From assembly GCA_965205015.1 (NCBI GenBank), contig OZ242029.1, positions 2,816,001 to 2,880,000 on the forward strand: a stretch of DNA of 64,000 nt, read 5' to 3'. Origin of the DNA: Candidatus Poribacteria bacterium (lineage in GTDB: Bacteria; Poribacteria; WGA-4E; WGA-3G). Below the pieces are notes generated by a model. That model worked only from the letters and a program-made list of their open reading frames with translations. It was not told the DNA's origin and searched no databases. The position numbers and the translations under genes were made by a program. Below are positions 29,644-38,528 of this stretch, piece by piece (positions within the stretch are counted from its first letter, which is position 1; every line of letters starts with the position of its first letter).

Positions 29644-30342
29644 ATGTTTCAGAGATTTCAAGTAATACTCGGTTTAACCCTCTGTTTCCTACTGCTCCAA
29701 CCGTTTGCAAGCTTTGCCGTAGAGGAATTCAAGGTTTCAAAAAACGGAAAGGGTGAGCAGATCTGGTTTGAGGCGGAAGTCTTTGACGAAAGGGATTCCA
29801 AGGATGTCTATAAATTAGGTAAAGGTGAAAAGGCTGTGGATCCTGCCGATGGTGCCTTCGGGGATATTATCACAAATGCAGGAGCTGGGAAAAAAGGGTG
29901 GATACTCTATAGGTTCGACATCAGTCGTGCAGGCGGAAAAGCCGGAGACTGGCGGTTCATCGGGCGCGTCATTAATCCGAGCAACCATTCAGACTGGTTG
30001 TGGGTCTTAGGTGACGATGGTGATAAAATTCCAGATGCCGAACCTGCCTTTGTCCGTCCCAATCACATTATCTTTGAAGAAAATATTCCGGAATGGACAT
30101 GGAAGAAGACGGGAGATTTTGGACAGGATGCTGGCACGATTAATGAATTACAGGACGGTGAAAACGTCATGATGATATGGACACGGCAAAGTTCGCTTCA
30201 GGTCCAATATGATGTCTTTTGCTGGTCCAGCGACTTGGAATATCAACCTACGGATGAAGACTACGAGAAAGCGGACAAAAAAACTCTACCGGTGCATCCC
30301 GATGGATTGCTAACCACAACGTGGAGTCGGCTCAAACAGTAA
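29644..30342 (+). CDS. Secreted beta-sandwich (WFEAE, CBM-like) protein with TTW tail
   Basis: Signal peptide, IWFEAE, tail PVHPDGLLTTTWSRLKQ. Confidence 0.7.
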   Translation: MFQRFQVILGLTLCFLLLQPFASFAVEEFKVSKNGKGEQIWFEAEVFDERDSKDVYKLGKGEKAVDPADGAFGDIITNAGAGKKGWILYRFDISRAGGKAGDWRFIGRVINPSNHSDWLWVLGDDGDKIPDAEPAFVRPNHIIFEENIPEWTWKKTGDFGQDAGTINELQDGENVMMIWTRQSSLQVQYDVFCWSSDLEYQPTDEDYEKADKKTLPVHPDGLLTTTWSRLKQ

Positions 30343-30378
30343 CTGCTTTAAAATAGCACAAAAGTGCGATGAAGGAGA

Positions 30379-31077
30379 ATGATTATGCTTCGGAAATGTC
30401 AGTTAACCTTCGGCTTAGTTTTCTGTTTCCTGTTGGTACAACCGTTTACAGGCTTTGCTGTAGAGGAATTTAGAATTTCTCAATATGGCAGTGGCGAACA
30501 GATCTGGTTTGAGGCGGAAGCCTTTGACGAAAGGGATTCTGCGGATGTTTATAAATTAGGCAAGGGTGAAGGGGCACTTGATCCCACGGAAGGTGCCTTC
30601 GATGATATCATCACGAATGCTGGTGGACAAGGTTGGATACTCTACAGGTTTGACATCAGTGCTGCTGATGGAAAAGCCGGGGATTGGCGATTTATCGTGC
30701 GTGCCATTAATCCGAGCAACCACTCCGATTGGTTATGGGTTTTGGGCGACGACGGTGATGAAATTCCAACCGCTGCCCCCGCTTTTGTGCGTCCGGATCA
30801 CATTATCCTTGAAGAAAACGTTCCCGAATGGACCTGGGTGCGGACAGGTGATTTCGGACAGGATGGTGGCACGGTCAACAAGTTACAGGACGGTGAAAAT
30901 GTCATGATGATATGGACGCGACAAAGCTCGAACCAGGTTCAGCTCGACGTTATCTGCTGGTCCAGCGACTTGGAATATGAACCCACAGATGAAGACTATG
31001 AGAATGCCAGCAGCGGGGTTACTCCCGTCCACCCCGAAGGGCTACTCACCACAACATGGGCGCGGCTTAAGCAGTAG
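30379..31077 (+). CDS. Tandem paralog of 29644-30342
   Basis: High identity to the upstream gene, tail PVHPEGLLTTTWARLKQ. Confidence 0.7.
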   Translation: MIMLRKCQLTFGLVFCFLLVQPFTGFAVEEFRISQYGSGEQIWFEAEAFDERDSADVYKLGKGEGALDPTEGAFDDIITNAGGQGWILYRFDISAADGKAGDWRFIVRAINPSNHSDWLWVLGDDGDEIPTAAPAFVRPDHIILEENVPEWTWVRTGDFGQDGGTVNKLQDGENVMMIWTRQSSNQVQLDVICWSSDLEYEPTDEDYENASSGVTPVHPEGLLTTTWARLKQ

Positions 31078-31567
31078 TTGCGGCGTTTTCGTCAAGTGCT
31101 TTTGGCTCTAATTCTGCTTGGCACTCAGCACAGTAACCGATGATTTCATTACGGAAGCGCACGGCTTTAAAGTCGTGTGCTTCACACACGGCTTTCTGCA
31201 AAGCATCAATTTGCGGTTCTTTAAACTCAACAATCTGGTTACATCGCAGACAGATGAGATGTGCGTGTTCCCGAAGTGAATGGATACTCTCATAACGCGT
31301 GTTCTTCTGGGCGTCGATAAATTCTGTCAATAGCCCACTTTTTACCAGCAGCGGCAACGTCCGATAGATGGTCGGACGCGACACGCGGTAACCGTTTCGA
31401 CGCATCTGAACCAAGAGGTCTTCTGTTTGAAAATGTCCCGGATAGTCAAAGACTTGGTTTAAGATGTCCAATCGCTTTTGGGTCAAACGGAGTCCATAAC
31501 TTTTGAGATAATCTTCAAACTGTTTTGCAAACTCTATATCGCGAGTAGTTTCTTCAGCGGTTTCCAT
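31067..31567 (-). CDS. fur: Fur-family transcriptional regulator
   Basis: GLRLTQKR, VSRPTIYRTL, HAHLICLRC and GYCAEC. Confidence 0.88.
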   Translation of the reverse strand: METAEETTRDIEFAKQFEDYLKSYGLRLTQKRLDILNQVFDYPGHFQTEDLLVQMRRNGYRVSRPTIYRTLPLLVKSGLLTEFIDAQKNTRYESIHSLREHAHLICLRCNQIVEFKEPQIDALQKAVCEAHDFKAVRFRNEIIGYCAECQAELEPKALDENAATTA

Positions 31568-31580
31568 TTTCCGCCCCCTT

Positions 31581-32420
31581 TCAACTGGACGCAAAAGACA
31601 GACGACGACACGACGGCGCAAAATCGTTTTTCACAGCGTACTTATAAAACAGTTCAAGCCCTTTGATCGCAGATTCGCCTAAGTCGTATTTGATGTGATG
31701 TTGCAAATAATTGCGGCACAGTTCTTCTGGTAAACCGAGTTTTCGCGCCTCAATCTGTGCAATTTCCGGGATTCGCGCGATACCTCGTACTTTTGATTCA
31801 AGGAGTAACGCCGGTAGGTCTCCGAGTTGGGCTCCCGTCTTGGCAACCCAACAGGCGTAGACAAAGGGTAAACCTGTTAGCTGATGCCACGCTTCACCAA
31901 GGTCTAAGTTGTATTCTGTTGAACCCAGATGCCTGAGTGCTGGATCTCCAATGAGAAGGATCGCATCAAAAGGCGGATCCTGACGGTCTTGAAGGGCTGT
32001 CTTCGGATTTACCGTCGGTCTACACATTGTGAACGCTGGCGAGATTTGATACTTCTCAGCGAGTAGGATTTTCAGCAATGCAACAGAGGTTCGGGAATTC
32101 GTATCGAGCCCAATACGTTGAATCTCTGAAATCGGAACGCGACTGAAGAGTTGGATGCTTTTGACGCTTCCGTGAGACGCAATGGATATATCTGGTAAAA
32201 TGCAGTAAGACGTATCCGACGGATTCGCCCGAAAATATTCAATAATCGGAATCAACCCAACATCAAGGGCACCTTTACTTAAAAGTGCGGCAACGCGGCT
32301 TGGTACATCAACACTCAGCACAATATCCGTTTGGATTTCTTCGTTTAAAAGGGGATAAATAAGCGGTTTGGTATTCAGGAACGAGACTGCGCCAACCCTT
32401 AAGCGGCTTTTCTGTACCAC
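31581..32420 (-). CDS. mqnA: Chorismate dehydratase (futalosine pathway)
   Basis: VSFLNTKPL, SRTSVALL, LLIGDPAL and DLGEAW..LTGLPFVYA. Confidence 0.9.
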   Translation of the reverse strand: MVQKSRLRVGAVSFLNTKPLIYPLLNEEIQTDIVLSVDVPSRVAALLSKGALDVGLIPIIEYFRANPSDTSYCILPDISIASHGSVKSIQLFSRVPISEIQRIGLDTNSRTSVALLKILLAEKYQISPAFTMCRPTVNPKTALQDRQDPPFDAILLIGDPALRHLGSTEYNLDLGEAWHQLTGLPFVYACWVAKTGAQLGDLPALLLESKVRGIARIPEIAQIEARKLGLPEELCRNYLQHHIKYDLGESAIKGLELFYKYAVKNDFAPSCRRLSFASS

Positions 32421-33535
32421 CGATTCCCCTCTCGAATGATCTCATTGTAAAGCGTATCACGCTCAACAGGCAGGAAGCCAGCCTCCTCAATGAGGTGTGT
32501 GAGTGCTGAAACGGAAACAGCCTCGGGTGTGTCCGCTCCTGCCATGTGTGTGATTTTTTCCTCGGTTACCGTGCCATCGATATCATCAGCCCCGAAGCGA
32601 AGTGCGACCTGTGCAGTTTTCAAGCCGGTCATAATCCAGTACACTTTAATGTGCGGTAAGTTATCGAGCATTAAACGGGCAACAGCGATGTTCCGAAGAT
32701 CGGTCAAACCCGTCGTTGAGGGGAGATACGCCATGCGGGTGTTGGCGGGATGAAACGCAAGTGGGATGAACGTCACGAAACCACCGGATTTATCCTGTTG
32801 CTCCCGCAACCGAATGAAATGATCCACTCTGTCCTCATTTGTCTCAAGGTGTCCGTAAAGCATCGTTGCGTTTGTGGAAATTCCGAGACGATGTGCAATG
32901 TCGTGAACCTCCAGCCATCCTTCCGCACTCAGTTTGCCTGGGCAAATCTTCTCGCGTGTTTCTTCCGCAAATATTTCAGCACCCCCACCGGGCAACGAAT
33001 CCAAACCCGCATCCCGCAATTCTATCAAAATATCTTCTATTGACATTTTGAAGATACGTGAAAAGTGATGAATTTCGACAGCGGTGAAGAATTTGAGGTG
33101 TACCTGTGGCATCCGTTCCTTGAGTCCACGGATGATGTCCAGGTAGTAATTAAAAGGTAGTTTAGGATGTAACCCGCCAACACTATGAATCTCAGTGCAT
33201 CCGTTCTCTATAGAATACATCGCCTTGTCTAAAAATTCATCAACACTCATTTCCCATGCCCCTTCGGTTTGCATATTTTTTCGGGCAAAGGCACAAAAAT
33301 GGCACCGAGCGTGCAGGATACAAACATTTGAATAATCGATATGCTGGTTGATGTTATAGTAAGCGACGTTTCCATTTAGACGTTCACGGGCATGATTCGC
33401 GATAAATCCAACGCCTGTAATATCCGGGCTTTCATAAAGCGCGACCCCCTCCTCAAAGGAGAGGCGTTGTTCTGCCTTGACCTTCTCATAAATTTCGGGC
33501 AACTTGGGGTCCGTAAAACGACTGTAGTTCTCCAT
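32399..33535 (-). CDS. mqnE: Aminofutalosine synthase (radical SAM)
   Basis: Radical SAM Cys cluster, EIHSVGGLHP, PGGGAEIF, PHIKVYW and DIDGTV.EEKI.HMAGA. Confidence 0.88.
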   Translation of the reverse strand: MENYSRFTDPKLPEIYEKVKAEQRLSFEEGVALYESPDITGVGFIANHARERLNGNVAYYNINQHIDYSNVCILHARCHFCAFARKNMQTEGAWEMSVDEFLDKAMYSIENGCTEIHSVGGLHPKLPFNYYLDIIRGLKERMPQVHLKFFTAVEIHHFSRIFKMSIEDILIELRDAGLDSLPGGGAEIFAEETREKICPGKLSAEGWLEVHDIAHRLGISTNATMLYGHLETNEDRVDHFIRLREQQDKSGGFVTFIPLAFHPANTRMAYLPSTTGLTDLRNIAVARLMLDNLPHIKVYWIMTGLKTAQVALRFGADDIDGTVTEEKITHMAGADTPEAVSVSALTHLIEEAGFLPVERDTLYNEIIREGNRWYRKAA

Positions 33536-33790
33536 TATTTATTTATCCTAATTGGTTCTCCATTTTCCCGCGAAGTTTGCAAGCCAAAACTTGCTATAGA
33601 GAGTGAGAAATTGCTTGACACTCGTTTCTTAATAAAGGTATTATAGCATAGGGACGTTAAAAATGCAAGTCTTTTTTCGTTGTCAACAGTCGTAAACCAT
33701 CAACCGTCAGCAGTTGGCTGCACATGTTTAAGAGCGGTTTTTTAACTGCTCTTATGAAGTCCGGGGACTCAAAGAGGAGTAGAAAAATTT

Positions 33791-34591
33791 ATGCCAAAAT
33801 TAGGACTTATCCATTACAACTACGCAAGCAAATCACTTGACGATTTCCTGAAATTTACGAGTGAAACGGGGTTCCGCTACGTCGAACTCCAAATTGGCGA
33901 TGTCTGGAACTCGGAGGTCGCGAATCCTGAGCAGAACGCCGAAGCCGTGAGAGCACAGGTTGAAGGTTACGGTTTACAGGTCTCCGCACTGGCGGCAGGG
34001 AACGATTTCGTTGTGTTGGAAGAGGAGGCTATCCAGTCCCAAGTGGCTCGGATGGAACGCATTGCAGGACTTGCGAAACGCCTCGGTACTTCGGTTCTCC
34101 GCACTGAGGGGGGTGCCGCAAAAGATGCCGTTCCAGAAAGTCGATGGGTCGAAGCGATGGCTGGATGTCTGACCCGATGCCTTGAATTCGCCGAACGTGA
34201 TGAGGTCTACTTGGCAGTGGACAATCACGGCATCGTTACAAATGACGGTGATTTGCAAGTAGAGCTCTTTGAACGTGTCGGTTCCAAATATGTCGGTGCG
34301 AATATGGACACGATGAATTACCGTTGGGCGGGACACGATTTAGAAACCGTGGGCAGATATTATGAGATCGTCGCGCCTTATACATTGCACACGCACCTGA
34401 AAGACGGGACGGGTTCACGTGGGGATTACCGCGGCGAAGCCCTCGGTGAAGGTGAAATAGATCTGGCAAAAGCGATTCGCTGTCTGAGGGAAGCAGGCTA
34501 TGATGGCGTCTGGTGTTGTGAATATGAAGGTAGGGAAAACGACGGCACGGGTCAAAGAAAAAGTTTCACGTGGATGCAAGCAAATTTATAG
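33791..34591 (+). CDS. Sugar phosphate isomerase/epimerase (AP endonuclease 2 TIM barrel)
   Basis: LAVDNHG, HTHLKD, LGEGEID and GYDG..C.EYEG. Confidence 0.85.
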   Translation: MPKLGLIHYNYASKSLDDFLKFTSETGFRYVELQIGDVWNSEVANPEQNAEAVRAQVEGYGLQVSALAAGNDFVVLEEEAIQSQVARMERIAGLAKRLGTSVLRTEGGAAKDAVPESRWVEAMAGCLTRCLEFAERDEVYLAVDNHGIVTNDGDLQVELFERVGSKYVGANMDTMNYRWAGHDLETVGRYYEIVAPYTLHTHLKDGTGSRGDYRGEALGEGEIDLAKAIRCLREAGYDGVWCCEYEGRENDGTGQRKSFTWMQANL

Positions 34592-34594
34592 CCA

Positions 34595-35425
34595 ATGAAT
34601 GAACCCTCTCGTATCATTACGTTAACAACCGATTTCGGCACGAGCGATGCTTATGTTGGTATCATGAAAGGGGTCATCCTCGGCATTAATCCGAATACAC
34701 AGATAGTTGACCTCACACACGCTATCCCACCCCAAGATATCTGCGAAGCGGCTTTCTCAATTTATGCTGCCTATCGTTACTTTCCGAAAGGAACGATTCA
34801 TATCATCGTAGTGGATCCGGGGGTAGGGAGCGGTCGACAAGCGATAGTTAGCCACGTAGACAATGCTTTCTTCGTCTGTCCTGACAATGGTGTGCTGAGT
34901 TACCTATTGCATAGCGTTGAGAATGAAGGGGGACACCCTGTAGATTCTGTGGCGATTCAAAACAGTGCGTATTGTTTGCCAGAGGTAAGCAACACATTCC
35001 ACGGTAGGGATATCTTCGCACCCGTCGCCGCGCATCTATCGCTCGGCGTGCCGCTTGATAACATCGGTCCGGCGGTGCCAACGCTCGTTCAACTCCCGAT
35101 TCACGTTCCGGCGCTCTCCGGTAATACACTGACGGGACAAATTGTTAAAATTGATAGATTCGGGAATGCAATAACAAATATACCGGAAACCGCAATTGCT
35201 CGTTTAGAAAGCGCGTCTACGGCAGACATGCCTGTTTATGAAATCAGAGTTGGAAGTGCGAGACTTAATCGACTGAACCGTGCTTATGCGGAATCTGGTA
35301 TCGGCGAACCTTTGGCGATCATTGGAAGTTACGGGTTGTTAGAAATTGCGATAAATGGTGGGAATGCCAAAGAGGGTTTGGCAATAAAACGGGGGGATCC
35401 CGTCGTAGTTCAGAGGTTTGATTGA
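34595..35425 (+). CDS. SAM hydroxide adenosyltransferase (DUF62; chlorinase/fluorinase superfamily)
   Basis: LTTDFG, VVDPGVG, PDNG, TFHGRDIFAP and IDRFGN. Confidence 0.9.
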   Translation: MNEPSRIITLTTDFGTSDAYVGIMKGVILGINPNTQIVDLTHAIPPQDICEAAFSIYAAYRYFPKGTIHIIVVDPGVGSGRQAIVSHVDNAFFVCPDNGVLSYLLHSVENEGGHPVDSVAIQNSAYCLPEVSNTFHGRDIFAPVAAHLSLGVPLDNIGPAVPTLVQLPIHVPALSGNTLTGQIVKIDRFGNAITNIPETAIARLESASTADMPVYEIRVGSARLNRLNRAYAESGIGEPLAIIGSYGLLEIAINGGNAKEGLAIKRGDPVVVQRFD

Positions 35426-35489
35426 AGGTATAAGCCCAAGTGGGTTATAATAAGATAAAATTAGATTCATCAAGGAGGATGGAACGGAA

Positions 35490-36485
35490 TTGAAACAGAT
35501 TACATTAACTGGAATCAAACCAACGGGGCAGCCGCATATCGGGAACTATCTCGGCATGATCAAACCGGCATTGGAGCTCGCGAAGGATTTTCAAGCACTC
35601 TACTTTATAGCGGATTATCACGCCCTCACGACTGTAAGGGATAAGAAGGAATTGGCGCATTTAACGTATCAAGCCACTGCGACGTGGTTAGCGTTGGGAT
35701 TAAATCCTGATGAGGCGATTTTCTACCGTCAGTCGGACATTCCGGAGGTGTTCGAATTGTCGTGGGTGTTGTCCTGTTTTACGGCAAAGGGTTTGCTCAA
35801 CCGTGCACACGCCTACAAAGCGATTGTTGATGACAATATCGCCGAGGGACGTGAAGAGGATAAGAACATTAACGCGGGGCTCTTCACCTATCCGGTTTTG
35901 ATGGCAGCAGATATTTTGCTCTTTGGAACACACATTGTGCCGGTCGGGCTTGACCAGCAGCAACACCTTGAAATTACCCGCGATGTTGCTTTGACGTTCA
36001 ACAAAAATTACGACAACGTCTTAACGATTCCGGAAGCCGTCATTCGGAAAGAGGTGATGACGATTCCGGGAATTGATGGCAGAAAGATGAGCAAAAGTTA
36101 TAACAACATCATCCCAATTTTCGCACCTTCTAACCAAGTGCGCAAACCTGTCATGCGCATTGTAACCGATTCCAAGCGTCCGGAAGATCCGAAGGACCCG
36201 GACGCATGTAACATCTTTGCGATCTACCGTCATCTCGCGGACGCAGATGCTGTCGCTGCGAAGCGACAACTCTATCTTGAGGGTGGGCTCGCCTACGGCG
36301 AGATGAAAAAAGAGTTGTTTGCGCTGCTGGAGGCCACTTTTTCCGAGCAACGTGATCGGTATAATGCGTTAATGGACAATCCTGAGGAGTTGGATAAAAT
36401 ACTTGAACAAGGGGCGGAGAAAGCACGCGATATCGCGGGCCCGATTCTGACGAAGGTTCGCAAAGCAGTCGGGGTGAGTTCTTAA
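35490..36485 (+). CDS. trpS: Tryptophan--tRNA ligase
   Basis: TGIKPTG.PHIGNY, YPVLMAADIL and KMSKS. Confidence 0.95.
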   Translation: MKQITLTGIKPTGQPHIGNYLGMIKPALELAKDFQALYFIADYHALTTVRDKKELAHLTYQATATWLALGLNPDEAIFYRQSDIPEVFELSWVLSCFTAKGLLNRAHAYKAIVDDNIAEGREEDKNINAGLFTYPVLMAADILLFGTHIVPVGLDQQQHLEITRDVALTFNKNYDNVLTIPEAVIRKEVMTIPGIDGRKMSKSYNNIIPIFAPSNQVRKPVMRIVTDSKRPEDPKDPDACNIFAIYRHLADADAVAAKRQLYLEGGLAYGEMKKELFALLEATFSEQRDRYNALMDNPEELDKILEQGAEKARDIAGPILTKVRKAVGVSS

Positions 36486-36731
36486 TCGGCATTAATTTTT
36501 TTGTTTGTAAATCTTTCTGGAGGTATGCTATAATGAGGAGATAGCGGGTTCAGAAAAAAAACTTGCATTTTAATGCAAAATATGTCAAAATATATTTAAC
36601 GCCTATTTTTACCGTTGCGCGGAACATCAGGCGATCAACATGCGTCGATAGTTTGATAGACAGTGGAGTAGTGCCACGAAACAGTCCGCGTTGCAACGCG
36701 GCAAATCTCTAAAGAAAGTGAGAGGATTCAA

Positions 36732-37523
36732 ATGAAATTTAACGCTTTAACATTTATCCTGTTTAGTTTAGGACTGATGGTGATCAGTCTCGTTGCGGTG
36801 AACAGTAGTAGTGCCGCAATTGACCAGAGCAGTGTTGTCGGTATTTGGCTGTTCGACGAAGGCGGCGGAAGTGAAGTGTGGGACTCCTCAGGAAACGCAG
36901 CCAGGTCAGGAAGGGCAGTCAAGCCAGACCATATTGTCAATGCCCCTATATGGGTGGAGGGACGATTCGGTAGTGCTTTAGCATTCGATGGCAGCTGTGT
37001 CCAGACAGGTCGAAAGCTTCTCAATGGTGTGCGTGAATTCACAATCGTTGCGTGGATAAAACCGGGAACGATCACCGAGAATCGGATCGGATTGATAGGG
37101 CAGAACGATTCTCCGGAATTCGGTTTTATTGACCCTGGCACCGTTTCGCTCTGGACGCCGGCAGCTGGCATTAATAATAATCCATACGAGCATCCACCGG
37201 GTGAGTGGCACCATGTCGCCGCTGTCGCTTCCCAAGAATTCACGAAGGTTTACATTGATGGCGATGCGACCACAAAAAATGGGAATTGGTCCAATCATGG
37301 CAGATCCGATTTCAACGTGAACATCGGTGGATGTGGTGTTTGGGATCCTAACGGCAATTGGTTCACAGGGGCAATGGACGAAGTCGGTATCTTCCACGCG
37401 CCTTTGACGGATGCCGATATTACTGATATTATGAATAATGGCTTGACTGCCTTAGGCGTTGCAGTAGAACCCGCAGGCAAACTTGCAGTGACTTGGGGCA
37501 CCCTCAAGCGGAAAGAATACTAA
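36732..37523 (+). CDS. Secreted LamG domain protein with TTW-like tail
   Basis: GIWLFDEG, WHHVAAV, tail AVEPAGKLAVTWGTLK. Confidence 0.88.
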   Translation: MKFNALTFILFSLGLMVISLVAVNSSSAAIDQSSVVGIWLFDEGGGSEVWDSSGNAARSGRAVKPDHIVNAPIWVEGRFGSALAFDGSCVQTGRKLLNGVREFTIVAWIKPGTITENRIGLIGQNDSPEFGFIDPGTVSLWTPAAGINNNPYEHPPGEWHHVAAVASQEFTKVYIDGDATTKNGNWSNHGRSDFNVNIGGCGVWDPNGNWFTGAMDEVGIFHAPLTDADITDIMNNGLTALGVAVEPAGKLAVTWGTLKRKEY

Positions 37524-37770
37524 GCAATTGTAGCATAGGACGGGCTGACGGAGCGGCGCGCATCGCTGTATCTGCAACTTGTCCTATGTCACTTTTAACG
37601 GATAGACCCCGGTCCAAGACTCGTTTGAAAAAACAAATCCCAAAACCGGGGCAAAATTTATCAGCGCAGCAGGACGCAGAAGAGTCGTTACCATCCTATC
37701 GCGACACTTTTTCAATCCAGTTCCAACTGCCTATGCGGGTGGGACTGTACTGAAACAGTTACAAAACAGA

Positions 37771-38061
37771 CTACATGTTCCTGTCCGCGTCGTCATACCG
37801 GCGCGGCTCGCGGCGTTGCTCGCGAGGGCGTGCGGGATTGACTTTCAACGGACGTCCCATCATTTCTTGGCCATCCAACGCTTCTATCGCTCGCTCGCCG
37901 TCCTCTTGGTTTTCCATCTCAACGAAGCCAAACCCTTTGGAGCGACCATCGTACCGGTCACGGATAATCGTAGCAGTAGCAACCGGACCATACTCACCAA
38001 AGAGTTCTTCGAGGTCGGTTTCCGTGGCCGCATAAGGCACGTTGCCAACGTAGATATTCAT
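37771..38061 (-). CDS. RRM-domain RNA-binding protein (RbpA-like)
   Basis: RNP2 IYVGNV and RNP1 KGFGFVEM. Confidence 0.93.
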   Translation of the reverse strand: MNIYVGNVPYAATETDLEELFGEYGPVATATIIRDRYDGRSKGFGFVEMENQEDGERAIEALDGQEMMGRPLKVNPARPREQRREPRRYDDADRNM

Positions 38062-38427
38062 CTCGTTTCTCCTTTTAGAAATTATATGTACCCTAATCCA
38101 GCATCACGAAGACAACCGGGACATTCACGCGAACCGTGTCTCTCAAAAAGCCGGTATAGGGAATAGAAGTACGGGAAAATGAGAAAACTGAGCACTGTCA
38201 GCATTTTCAAAGGCAGAAATTTGGCAGCAAGCGTAGGTGGACATTGCACGCAATGCCCAAATTGCAAAGAAGATTGGGAAAAAGTAACTCTCATCAATCT
38301 CTTGTTGGAAGCCTCGTCACACTTACAATGAGCATGTTTCGGTTCCAAACCGTAAAACTGTCAAAACACTACTCGTAACTTTGCCAGCGGACACTATCCA
38401 CATTTCCCTTAAACAAATTTACATTCA

Positions 38428-38456
38428 ATTATATCACAATTTATATTACTTGTCAA
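38428..38456 (-). promoter_or_regulatory. Consensus sigma70 promoter ~360 nt upstream of the RRM gene
   Basis: Minus strand TTGACA-N17-TATAAT. Confidence 0.75.
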
Positions 38457-38528
38457 TATTAATTTTTTCTGTTGAATGATTTTATCAAATTTGTCTACTT
38501 CTAAAACCCCGAATTCATTCCGGCGGTA

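Noticed and set aside
34595-35425. Halogenase (fluorinase/chlorinase) call
   Set aside because: The TFHGRD motif and general features fit the common DUF62 SAM hydrolase, and there is no biosynthetic context.
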